Shown here piece after piece: positions 10,293-20,128 of a stretch of DNA of 64,000 nt. The number at the start of each line of letters is the position of its first letter. Position 1 is the first letter of the stretch. The notes under the pieces were generated by a model. The model had not been told where the DNA came from. It ran no database searches and worked only from the letters and a program-made list of their open reading frames with translations. Source of the DNA: an uncultured Actinomycetota bacterium (GTDB taxonomy: Bacteria; Actinomycetota; Actinomycetes; Actinomycetales; CAVURS01); NCBI GenBank assembly GCA_963743975.1, contig CAVURS010000003.1, forward strand, positions 66,780 through 130,779, in the 5' to 3' direction. A program made the position numbers and the translations under genes.

Positions 10293-11804
10293 GAGGTGGT
10301 CTCCCGTAGCCGTGACTTGAGCAGCTTGCCGGAGGCGTTGTGGGGCAGCTCGTGGACGAAGACGACGGACTTGGGCAGCTTGTAGCGGGCCAGCCGGGAC
10401 TCGAGGTGGGCGAGCAGCGCCGTCGGCGTCGAGGGCTGCGCCGCCCGGACGACGACGAACGCGCGCCCGACCTCGCCCCAGCGCTCGTCGGGCACGCCGA
10501 TGACCGCGCACTCGGCGACGGCCGGATGCGTGTGCAGGGCCTGCTCGACCTCGGCCGGGTAGACGTTCTCGCCGCCGGAGATGTACATGTCCTTGAGCCG
10601 GTCGACGATCCGCAGGTAGCCCTCGTCGTCCACGACGGCGATGTCGCCGGTGTGCAGCCACTCGCCGGTGAACGCCGCGCTCGTGGCGCCGTCGTCGCGC
10701 CAGTAGCCGGGGGTGACGTTGGGGCCGGAGACGAGCACCTCGCCGGGCTCGCCGGTCGCGACGTCCCGGTCGCCGAGAGCGACCCGCACGTCGGTGAAGA
10801 AGCACGACGTGCCCGCTGAGCCGAGCTTGCGGACACCGTCGGCGACCCGCAGCATCGTCGCGCCCGGCGAGGCCTCGGTGAGCCCGTAGCCCTGCACGAT
10901 CATCAGGCCGCGCTCCAGCCAGGTGTGCAGGAGCGACTCCGGGATCGGCGCCCCGCCGCTCAGGGCCAGGCGCAGGCTGGACAGGTCGGCCGCCTCGAAG
11001 CGCTCGGACGCGGCCAGCGCGAGGTACATCGAGGTGACGCCGAACAGCAGCGTCACCCGCTCGGTCTCGATCAGGTCGATCGCGCGGGCCGGGTCGAACC
11101 TCGCCTCGATGAGCGCGGTGCCGCCCTTGAGGATGGTCGGGAAGAGCACCTGGTTGAGCGCGGCGGTGTGGAAGAGGGGAGCGGTGACGAGGGCGATCTC
11201 CTCGCTCGTCAGGTCGATGTCGACGAGGAGGTTGTAGACGTTCCACACGATGTTGCCGTGGGTCAGCATGACGCCCTTGGGCCGGCCGCTGGTGCCCGAG
11301 GTGTACTGGATCATGAAGAGGTCGTCGAGCCCGATCGGCTCGTCGATCTCGGCCCCGTCGATCTGGCCGCCGTCGGCCATCAGTCCGTCGAGCCCGTCCG
11401 CCGGCCTGCCGGGAGAAGGCATGGACCTCCATCGCCGGCCGGTCCAGGACCGCGATCTGCGACCGCTCGGCGAGCTCGGTCTCCACGAGCAGCAGCCGCG
11501 CGTCGCTGTCGTCGAGGATGTGGGCCAGCTCGGGCGGCGCCAGCCGCGTGTTCACCGGCACGAAGACCGCCGCCAGCCGCGCGGTGGCGAACATCGCCAC
11601 GACCAGCTCCACCGAGTTGAGCCCCAGGAAGGCCACCCGGTCGCCGCGCCCGATGCCGCGGGCGCGCAGGCCGTTCGCCAGGCGCGTGCTGTCCCGGTGC
11701 AGCTCGGCGTAGGTCGTGACCTGGCCGTCCTGGACGAGCGCCGCCGCGTGGGGAGTCATCCGGGCCCGCCGCCGGGTCCAGGAGCCGAGGCCCTGGTCTC
11801 TCAT
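10289..11804 (-). pseudogene. FadD-type AMP-dependent acyl-CoA ligase; one frame break
   Basis: N-terminus MRDQGLGSWTRRRARMTPHAAALV..VNTRLAPPE lies in ORF 9687..11891. The rest is in ORF 10289..11422, with AMP motif YTSGTSGRPKGV, GYGLTE, TGDIAVVDDEGYLRIVDRLKD and GKLLK. Junction near 11405-11420 (GGG 11411-11413). Confidence 0.85.
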
Positions 11805-12750
11805 GGCCCTGCTTCCGGGTCCGGTGAGAGCCCGTGCCGCTGCCTTGACCGCCAGGACGTCGCGCAGGGCACGGTCCCGGGCCGCCAGCACGGTGCGCTC
11901 ACGACCGCCGAGCTCCTCGCGGGCGCCGGTCGACCAGCGTGTCGACGAGCTCCGGGGTCAGCTCCGGGGCGCCGAGGTCGGCCCACCAGTCGACCATCGG
12001 CGGCCCGAGGTGCTCGAGCACGTGGGCGAGGCCGCCGGGCCCGCCGGACAGGTGCTGGGTGGCGATCGGTCCGAGCAGGGCCCAGCGCAGACCCGGGACC
12101 GGAGGCGACCGCGGTGTCGATGTCGGCCACGGAGATGGCACCCGCGGCGGACCAGGTCGTAGGCCTCGCGCCAGAGCGCGGCCTGCAGCCGGTTGACGAC
12201 GTGGCCGGGCAGCTCGGCCCGGACCCGGATCGGCTGGCGCCCCAACGACCGCATCGCCTCCATCGCGGCCTCGACCGCCGCCTCGGAGGTGCGGCGCCCG
12301 GCGACGACCTCGACGAGCGGCACCAGGTGCGGGGGGTTGAACGGATGGGTCACGACGACGCGCTCGGGATGCCGGCACGCGTCCTGGAAGGCGCTCGGTC
12401 CGAAGCCGGACGAGCTGCTGGCGAGCAGGACCTCCGGTGGGGTGGCGGCATCGAGGACGGCGAACAGCTCCTGCTTCAGCGTCGACCCGCTCGGGCCCCG
12501 CCTCGAGCACGAGGTCGGCGGACTCGACGGCCGCGGCCGGGTCCAGCTCGAACCGCAGCCGGTCGATCGCCTCGGCCGGAGCGTCCAGCTCGGCCAGCAG
12601 CTCCGAGACGACGGCGCGCAGGCGGGTCTGCGCGCCGGGTGCGGGATCGGTGGCGTGGACGACCAGTCCGTGGGTCAGCGCGAGGGTGGCCCAGCTGCTG
12701 CCGATCGACCCGGTGCCGACCACGGCCACCGTGCGCAGCGGCGTCCTCAT
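11801..12750 (-). pseudogene. 3-hydroxyacyl-CoA dehydrogenase family protein; at least 4 frame breaks, 3' end uncertain
   Basis: Rossmann fold VAVVGTGSIGSSWA (ORF 11899..12750). It continues as DLKQELFAVLDAATPPEVLLASSSSGF...THPFNPPHLVPLVEVV (frame of ORF 11958..12353), then AISVADIDTAVASGPG (ORF 11801..12130), then LRWALLGPIATQHLSGG. Junctions are near 12474-12486, 12141-12150, 12091-12100 and 11917-11932. Confidence 0.75.
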
Positions 12751-14732
12751 GACCGAGCTCCCTCGGGCTCGGCGCCGGCCATCGCGACGAAGGCGTCGAG
12801 GGCGTCCGGGTCGGCGAGCGCGTCGCGGCTGGCGACCTGGTCCGGCGGGGTGCCCTGCAGGATCCGCTTGACCGGGAGCTCCAGCTTCTTGCCGGTGAGG
12901 TTGCGCGGCACGGCCGGTACGCCGATGATCCGGTCGGGCACGTGGCGGGGCGACAGGGCCGAGCGCAGCGCGTGACGGATGGAGCCGACCAGGTCGTCGT
13001 CCAGCTGTGCGGGCGGCCGGGTCACGACGAAGAGCAGCAACTCGCCGTTGCCGCCGGCCGGATCCTCCAGGTGCACGACCAGGCTGTCGGCGATCTCCGG
13101 GAGCTCCTCGACCACCCGGTAGAACTCGGCGGTGCCCAGCCGGACGCCGCCGCGGTTGAGGGTCGCGTCGCTGCGACCGGTGACGACACAGCTCCCGTCG
13201 GGCTCGAAGATGATCCAGTCGCCGTGCCGCCAGACACCGGGATAGTGATCGAAGTAGGTCTCCCGCAACCGCGCCCCGTCGGGTCCCCCCACAGGCCGAC
13301 CGGCATCGACGGCATCGGGGCGGTCACGACGAGCTCACCCGGCACGCCGATGACCTCCCGGCCCTCCTCGTCGAACGCGTGCACGTCGACCGCGAGGGCC
13401 CGGCCCGAGATCAGGCCGGCCCGCACGGGCAGCAGGGGGTTGTTCTGCACCAGGCCGCTGCAGACATCGGTCCCGCCGCTGCCGACGTTGAGCTGCACGT
13501 CCGGCCCGAGCTGCTCCCCGATCCACGCGTAGCCCTCGGGCGGGAGCGGCGCTCCCGCCGAGCCGATGGTGCGCACCCGGAGACCGAGCTGGGAGACGTC
13601 GATCCCCTGGGACCGGCAGGCCATCACGAATCCGGGGCTGGCGCCCATCATCGTGGCGCCGGTCTCCGCCGCGAGCCTCCACTGCCAGCCGAGATCGGGG
13701 AAGGCCGGATCGCCGTCGACCAGCACGACGGCACAGCCGACCATGAGGGCCGAGACCAGGGCGTTCCACATCATCCAGGCGGTCGTGGAGTACCACAGCA
13801 ACGTGTCGCCCGGGCCCAGGTCCCAGGACAGCGCGTGGTTCTTCAGGTGCTCGAGGGTGATGCCGCCGTGACCGTGCACGATCGCCTTGGGCTTGCCGGT
13901 GGTGCCGGAGGAGAACAGGACGACGAGCGGGTGGTCGAACGGCACCGGCAGCGCGTCGTACCGGCCGTCGGTCACGTCGTCGAGCGCGTCCTGCCACGAC
14001 AGCGAGTCGGCGAGGCGCCAGTCGCCGTACTCGATGTCCAGGACGTGCCGGACGCTCGGCAGGGCCGCGCGGACGGCGTCGACCTCGGCCCGCCGGTCGA
14101 TGTCCTTGCGGCCGTAGCGGTAGCCGCCGGCTGCGACGAGGACCACCGGCTCCACCTGTTCGAAGCGGTCGACCACGCTGCGGTGCGCCGAACTCGATCG
14201 CGCAGCTGGCCCAGACCGCGCCGAGCCCGGCGGCGGCCAGGAAGGCGACCAGCGCCTCCGGGGTGTTGGGCAGGTAGCCCGCGACGCGGTCGCCGGGCCC
14301 GACCCCGAGATCGGCGAGGACCCTGCGGGCCCGGGCGACCTGGTCGCGCAGCTCGCCCCAGGTCAGCTGGACGTCCGGTCGGGCCTGGGACCGGGCGTGC
14401 ACCGCGACGGTGTGGTCGTCGGCACCCGCGCCGCGCAGCGCGTGCTCGGCGTAGTTGAGCAGGGACCCCGGGAACCAGACGGCGCCGGGCATCACGCGTT
14501 CGGGGAGGACCGACGTCCGCCGGCCGTGATCGGTCACCTCGAAGAAGTCCCAGATCGCCGACCAGAAGCCCGCCAGGTCGGTGACCGACCACTGCCAGAG
14601 CGACTCGTGATCCCGGACCTCGACCCCGCGGTGCTCGCCCAGCCAGGAGATGAACCGGCCGACATGGGTGACGTCCAGCGCGTCGTCGCGCGGCGACCAC
14701 AGCACATCGCCCATCGCGACCGCTCCGGTCAC
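12747..14732 (-). pseudogene. acetoacetyl-CoA synthetase-like ligase; two frame breaks
   Basis: ORFs 13335..14732, 13022..14176 and 12747..13292 join into MGDVLWSPRDD..WQWSVTDLAGFW...FSSGTTGKPKAIVHGHGG...WRHGDWIIFEPDGSCVVTGRSDATLNRGGVR...VPRNLTGKKLE. Junctions are near 14171-14185 and 13275-13290 (C6 run). The stop overlaps the next start (12747-12750). Confidence 0.85.
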
Positions 14733-15534
14733 CGGTCGGTCACCTTGGCCGCACGGTCGTCCAGGAAGGCCTGCATCCGCTCCTTGGCGTCGTCGGTGCT
14801 CTGCGCTGTCGCGGCCATCATCGACTCCATCAGGTAGCCCTCGCGCGGCCCGGCCTCGGCGATGAGCGGGAGGGCCTGCACCACCGCGAAGTTCGTCGCC
14901 GGCGCGTTGGCCGCGATGCGCTGGGCCAGCTCGAGGCTGGTGGTCAGGCCGGCTCCCGTCCTCGACGACGTACTGCGACAGCCCGGCCGCTGCGCCCTCG
15001 GTCGGCGTCGTAGCGGCGGCCGGTCAGCATCATGTCGGTCATCCGGGCCACGCCCATCAGGCGCGGCAGCCGGACCGAGCCGCCGCCGCCGACGAAGAGC
15101 CCGCGCTGTCCCTCGGGCAGGGCGTAGAACGTGGAGCGCTCGGCCACCCTGATGTGCGTGGCTGCGGCCAGCTCGAGCCCTCCGCCGACGACCGCGCCCT
15201 TCAGCGCTGCCACCACGGGCACGGGGCCGAACTCGATGCGCTCGAACGCGCTGTGCCACATCCGGGAGTGCCGGATTCCGGAGATCGCGTCCCGCTCGGC
15301 CATCTCCGCCAGGTCCAGGCCGGCGGAGAAGTGCTCCCCGTCGGCCGCGATCACCACCGCCCCGACGTCCGAGCCCAGGTGCCGGAAGAAGCGCTCGATC
15401 CCGGAGACCATCTCCTCACTGATCGCGTTGCGCTTCTCCGGCCGGGCCAGGGTCAGCACGGCGACCGGACCGACGCGCGAGGCCCGCAGCGTGGCCGGGA
15501 GCTCGGCGTCGTCCAGCGTGGAGGAACGGGGCAT
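14729..15534 (-). pseudogene. enoyl-CoA hydratase/isomerase (crotonase); two frame breaks
   Basis: ORF 14944..15534 (LARPEKRNAIS..FSAGLDLAEM..AALKGAVVGGGLELA), then the third frame EGAAAGLSQYVVEDG, then ORF 14729..15259 (GLTTSLELAQRIAANAP...). Junctions are near 14994-15006 and 14949-14958. Confidence 0.8.
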
Positions 15535-15553
15535 CGGGTCTCCAGTTCAAACA

Positions 15554-15572
15554 ACAGGTTTCCTGATGATTG
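15554..15572. promoter_or_regulatory. candidate operator, copy B of the ACAGGyTTCCTGA motif
   Basis: ACAGGTTTCCTGATGATTG lies 20-38 nt upstream of the crotanase start codon (15534), in the 68-nt gap after the MetE-like gene. Confidence 0.4.
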
Positions 15573-15602
15573 CACCAGATGCCAGCGGCGCACAATGTCT
15601 CG

Positions 15603-16724
15603 CTACCCCCAGACGTCGGCCGCCGTCTCGACGATCAACCGGAGCTTGGCGACCTCTTCGTCGTACGTCAGGACGTTCCCCTCCACGGTCGAGGAGAAGC
15701 CGCACTGGGGGGACAGGCAGAGCTGGTCCAGCGGGACGTACTTCGCGGCCTCCTCGATCCGGCGCTTGAGGTCGTCCTTGCTCTCCAGGCCGCCCTTCTT
15801 GGTCGTCACCAGGCCCAGGACCACCTGCTTGCCCGGCGGCACGAATCGCAGCGGCGCGAACCCGCCCGAGCGCTCGTCGTCGTACTCCAGGAAGAAGCCG
15901 TCGACCGCGAGCTCGGAGAAGAGCGCCTCCGCGACGAAGTCGTAGCCGCCCTCGGCCGCCCAGGAGGACCGGAAGTTGCCGCGGCACATGTGCGTCGTGA
16001 CCTGCATGCCGGACGGCTTGCCGGCCAGGGCGGCGTTGATGTTGCGGATGTAGAGCTCGTGCTGGTGCTCGGCGTCGCCGCCCTGCTCGGCCACCATCGC
16101 GCGCTGCTTGGGGTCGTTGAGGTAGGCCAGGCTCGTGTCGTCCAGCTGGAGATAGGTGCAGCCCAGCTCACCGAGCCGGCGGACCTCCTCGGCGTACGCC
16201 GAGGTGAGGTCGGACCAGAACTCGGTCAGGTCCGGGTAGACCGCCTGGTCGATCGCGGCCCGGCCGCCGCGGTAGTGCACCATGCTCGGCGACGGGATGG
16301 TCAGCTTGGGCGTCTGGCCGGGGGCGGCGTGGTCCCGCAGATAGGTGAACGCGTCACCGAAGATGGTCTGCGGCAACGAGATCCGGTCGTGGACGCTCAA
16401 AGCCGCCGACTCGAAGTCGAGCTCGCCCGACGCGTTGCGGAAGTGCACCATCAGCTTCTCGTCGGTCTGGTCGACCCCGCCCAGCTGGTAGATGAAGTCC
16501 ATGTGCCACGACGTCCGGCGGAACTCGCCGTCGGTCACGGTCTGCAGGCCGACCGACTCCTGCATCCGGATGACGTCGTCGATGCTGGCGTCCTCGACCT
16601 GACGCAGGGCGTCGTCGTCGATCTCTCCGGCCGCATGGCGGGCGCGCGCCTCGAGCAGTGCGGGAGGGCGCAGGAGGCTGCCGACGTGGTCGGCGCGGAA
16701 CGGGGCACGGGTGCGGGGGTCCAT
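15603..16724 (-). CDS. MetE-C-terminal-domain-like (cobalamin-independent methionine synthase family) Zn methyltransferase
   Basis: Intact ORF of 373 aa. FRADHVGSLLRP, VTDGEFRR, Zn-ligand contexts THMCRGNF and LSPQCGFSS. Its start lies 4 nt after the pobA stop. Confidence 0.75.
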   Translation of the reverse strand: MDPRTRAPFRADHVGSLLRPPALLEARARHAAGEIDDDALRQVEDASIDDVIRMQESVGLQTVTDGEFRRTSWHMDFIYQLGGVDQTDEKLMVHFRNASGELDFESAALSVHDRISLPQTIFGDAFTYLRDHAAPGQTPKLTIPSPSMVHYRGGRAAIDQAVYPDLTEFWSDLTSAYAEEVRRLGELGCTYLQLDDTSLAYLNDPKQRAMVAEQGGDAEHQHELYIRNINAALAGKPSGMQVTTHMCRGNFRSSWAAEGGYDFVAEALFSELAVDGFFLEYDDERSGGFAPLRFVPPGKQVVLGLVTTKKGGLESKDDLKRRIEEAAKYVPLDQLCLSPQCGFSSTVEGNVLTYDEEVAKLRLIVETAADVWG

Positions 16725-16728
16725 GGGG

Positions 16729-17943
16729 TCACCGTACGACGGGCCAGCCGGTGTAGCCCTCCGCCAGGTAGGTCGAGCCCGCCGTCGAACCGGCCAGCGA
16801 GGAGAGCTCCCCGATCTGCCGGCGCACGTCGAACGGCGTCGACTCCGGCAGCGTGTGCAGCATCGTCGTCATCCAGTAGGAGAAGTGCTGGGCCTTCCAG
16901 ACCCGTTCGACGGCCCGGCTCGCGTAGTCGTCCAAGCGGTCGTCGCTCCGCGTCCGGACCGCTGTCTCCAGCACCTCCGCCAGCACGCGTACGTCGGCCA
17001 GCGCCAGGTTCAGGCCCTTGGCGCCCGTCGGCGGGACGGTGTGCGCGGCGTCACCGGCGAGGAGCAGCCGGCCGTAGCGCATCGGCTCGCAGACCTGGCT
17101 GCGGAACGGCAGGACCGTCTTGGCCGTGATCGGGCCCTCGTGGAGCGAGTAGCCGTTGGCGCCCAGACGCGGCCTGCAGCTCGGCCCAGATCCGGTCGTC
17201 GGACCAGGCGTCGACGTCCTCGGCCGGGTCGCACTGGAAGTACATCCGCTGCATGGTCTCGGTCCGCTGGCTGATCAGCGCGAAGCCGCGCTCCGAGTGG
17301 TTGTAGATCAGCTCCGGTGCGCTCCTGGGCGCCTCGCACAGGATGCCGAACCAGGCGAACGGGTACTCCCGGAAGTAGTCCCGCCGTCCGGGTCCGGCGA
17401 TCTCGCGCCGGCAGATGCTCCGGGAGCCGTCCGCGCCGACCAGGTAGTCGCAGCGGACCTCCTGTGCGCTGCCGTCCGCGTCCGTGAACAGCACACCCGG
17501 CCGGTCGGTGGCGACGTCGACGACGGCCGTGTCGCTGACGCCGAAGCGCACGTCCCCGCCGTCGCGCTCGCGGGCGGCGGCGAGGTCGACGAACACGTCG
17601 GTCTGGGGATAGAGCCAGACCGAGGCGCCGACGAGGGCGGCGAAGTCGATCCGATGGCCGCTCGCCGCCGAAGCCCAGCTCGATCCCGGCGTGCTCGTGG
17701 CCCTCGTCCAGCACCCGGTCGGGAGACGCCGCTGTCGACGAGGAGGCGCACGCTGTCGTGCTCCAGGATGCCGGCCCGCACGGTGTTCTCGATCTCGTGG
17801 TGCGTGCGGTTGTCCACGACCACCGAGTCGATCCCGCTGCGGGACAGCAGGTGCGCCAGCATCAGCCCGGCCGGGCCGCCGCCCACGATGCCGACGTCCG
17901 TCCTGGTGAGCGCTCGGCCGGCCATCGGCCCAGTCCAGCGCAT
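16729..17943 (-). pseudogene. pobA: 4-hydroxybenzoate 3-monooxygenase; three frame breaks
   Basis: VGIVGGGPAGLMLAHLL (ORF 17308..17943), LDEGHEHAGIELGFGGER (ORF 17010..17714), HRIDF..CDYLVGADGSRSICR..YPFAWFGIL (ORF 17051..17596), GANGYSL..RYGRLLLAGDAAHTVPPTGAKGLNLA (ORF 16729..17082). Junctions are near 17715-17727, 17651-17663 and 17165-17172. The start is either 17943 or 17925. Confidence 0.85.
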
Positions 17944-17967
17944 CCGCGGCGCTGGTGCGATCTGGGG

Positions 17968-17984
17968 CTTCCGCTCAGTGGAAG
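17968..17984. promoter_or_regulatory. candidate IclR operator upstream of pobA
   Basis: CTTCC-GCTCAGT-GGAAG inverted repeat between the IclR stop (17986) and the pobA start. It is nearly identical to 18746..18762. Confidence 0.5.
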
Positions 17985-17985
17985 C

Positions 17986-18739
17986 TCAGTCGGGCAGGCT
18001 GCGAGCGATCCCCTGAGCGGCGACCTGGAGCGCGGCGACCAGCCGGGCCCGGTCCCGGCGAAGGGTGGGGACCACGAGACCGAGCGCGGCGACGACCTGG
18101 CCGCCCGGCGTACGGATCGGGACGGCCACCGAGCAGGCGCCCAGGCTCATCTCCTGGTTGGTCTGGGCGTAGCCGTCGCGGTGCACGCGGCGCAGCTGGC
18201 TGAGCAGCTGGCCCGGCTGGGTGATGGTGTACGCGCGTGCAGCGGGTGAGGTGGGCGAGCACGGCGCCCTGCACGGGCTCGGGCGCGAAGGCGAGCAGCA
18301 CCTTGCCGACTCCGGTCGCGTGCATCGGCAGCCGCGAACCGACCTGGCTGACCACGGGAACCGATGCGTGGCCGGACAGCCGGTCGATGTAGAGCACCTC
18401 CAGGTCGTCGCGGACGGCGAGATGGACCGTCGCGAGGGTGGCGGCGTAGATGTCGTGCAGGAAGGGCGAGGCGACCTGCCGCAGGCCGGACTGGACGGGC
18501 GCGAGCAGTCCGAGGTCCCACATCCGCCGGCCCACGACGTACGCGCCGGACGGTCCCCGCGCCAGGGCTCCCCAGGCGACCAGCTCGCCGAGCATCCGGT
18601 GCGCGGTCGGCACCGGCAGGCCGGCGCGGCGGGCGACCTCGCTCAGCGTCAGGCTGCGGTGGTCCGCGTCGAAGCTGCCGAGGATCGAGAGCACGCGGGC
18701 CGCGACGCTGGCGCCTGGAGTCGCGGTGTTCCCGGCCAT
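17986..18739 (-). pseudogene. IclR-family transcriptional regulator (PcaR/PobR-like); one frame break
   Basis: ORF 17975..18739 has an HTH (LTLSEVARRAGLPVPTAHRMLGELV) and an effector domain. After ...AVLAHLTR it continues as YTITQPGQLLSQLRRVHRDGYAQTNQEMSLGACSVAVPI in ORF 17986..18186. Junction near 18226-18238. Confidence 0.85.
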
Positions 18740-18745
18740 GGCCCC

Positions 18746-18762
18746 CTTCCACTCAGCGGAAG
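18746..18762. promoter_or_regulatory. candidate IclR operator in the iclR/pcaH divergent region
   Basis: CTTCC-ACTCAGC-GGAAG inverted repeat within the 65-nt gap between the IclR start (18739) and the pcaH start (18805). Confidence 0.5.
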
Positions 18763-18804
18763 GCTAGTGTCGCGGGCCGTGCAGCGCGCGTCTAGCCTCG
18801 CCGG

Positions 18805-19567
18805 GTGAGCGATGCGAGTGCACCGGCGTCCCAGGCGGACATCAACGGCGAGATCGCGGCCGGCTCCGCGTCGCTACGTCGAGGGCGAGCGCGCGCCCCG
18901 GCTGGACTACCCGGCGTACCGGAGCAGCATCCTGCGGCACCCCACCAAGGACCTGCACCACGCCGACCCGGAGACGATCGAGCTGCTGGCTCCGGTGTTC
19001 GGCCCGCAGGACGTCGCCCCGATCGAGGCCGACCTGACGATCCAGCACCAGGGCGAGCCGATCGGCGAGCGGATCGTGGTGACCGGCCGGGTCACCGACG
19101 GCGAGGGGCGGCCGGTCGCCCACCAGCTGGTCGAGGTCTGGCAGGCCAATGCGGCCGGCCGGTACATCCACCAGCGCGACCAGCACCCCGCACCGATCGA
19201 CCCGAACTTCACCGGCGCGGGCCGGTGCCTGACCGACGCCGACGGGACCTACCGCTTCACGACGATCAAGCCGGGACCGTACCCGTGGAAGAACCACCAC
19301 AACGCGTGGCGGCCGGCGCACATCCACTTCTCCCTGTTCGGCACGGACTTCACCCAGCGGCTGGTGACCCAGATGTACTTCCCGGGTGACCCCCTCTTCC
19401 CGCTCGACCCGATCTTCCAGTCGATCGTCGACCCGAAGGCGCGCGAGAGGCTGGTCGCGACGTACGACCACGACGTGACGCAGCCCGAGTGGAGCACCGG
19501 CTACCGCTGGGACATCGTGCTGACCGGAAGCCGCCGCACGTGGACCGAGGAGGCGAGCGAGGCGTGA
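18805..19567 (+). pseudogene. pcaH: protocatechuate 3,4-dioxygenase beta subunit; one frame break near the 5' end
   Basis: GTG 18805 gives VSDASAPASQADINGEIAAGSA. It then shifts (near 18866-18873) into ORF 18812..19567: RYVEGERAPRLDYPAYRSS...WQANAAGRYIH..RPAHIHFSLFG. Confidence 0.9.
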
Positions 19568-20124
19568 CGTCCACTCCGTTGCCTCCGACATCGGGTCAGA
19601 CCGTCGGCCCGTTCTTCGGCTATGCCCTGCCCTACGACGGGGACAGCAGCCTCGTGCCGGCCCACCACCCCGATGCGGTCCGGCTCCACGGCACGGTCCG
19701 CGACGGAGACGGGTCGCCGGTCCCGGACGCCCTGCTGGAGATCTGGCAGCCGGCCCCGGACGGGCGGGTCCCTCAGGTGGCCGGGTCGCTCCACCGCGAC
19801 GGGTACACGTTCACCGGGTGGGGCCGGGCGGCGACGGACGTCGCGGGCCACTACTCCTTCACCACGCTCGAGCCAGGCCCCACGAGGGAGGGCGCGGCAC
19901 GGTTCGTCGCGATGACCGTCTTCGCGCGCGGCCTGCTGGACCGGCTCTTCACCCGGGTCTACCTGCCCGGGCAGGCCGAGCTGGACACCGACCCGCTGCT
20001 GCGGTCCCTGTCCCCGGACCGCCGCGCGACGCTGGTCGCCCGCCGCGAGGCCGGAGCCCTGCTCTTCGACGTGGTCCTGCAGGGCGACCAGGAGACCGTC
20101 TTCCTGGCCTATCCCCGAGACTGA
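19564..20124 (+). CDS. pcaG: protocatechuate 3,4-dioxygenase alpha subunit
   Basis: GTG 19564 overlaps the pcaH stop (GTGA). TSGQTVGPFFGYALPY...LLEIWQPAPDG..FVAMTVFARGLL. Confidence 0.9.
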   Translation: MTSTPLPPTSGQTVGPFFGYALPYDGDSSLVPAHHPDAVRLHGTVRDGDGSPVPDALLEIWQPAPDGRVPQVAGSLHRDGYTFTGWGRAATDVAGHYSFTTLEPGPTREGAARFVAMTVFARGLLDRLFTRVYLPGQAELDTDPLLRSLSPDRRATLVARREAGALLFDVVLQGDQETVFLAYPRD

Positions 20125-20128
20125 GCAG

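Noticed and set aside
11801-11932. Apparent read-through fusion of the 3-hydroxyacyl-CoA dehydrogenase C-terminus into the FadD-type ligase. The segment AREELGGRERTVLAARDRAL...SRAMRDQGLGSW has the same frame and no stop.
   Set aside because: The region already has several single-base frame breaks. A TGA overlapping the ligase ATG (11801-11804) in the adjacent frame gives the usual ATGA coupling. A fusion protein is less likely than one more indel.
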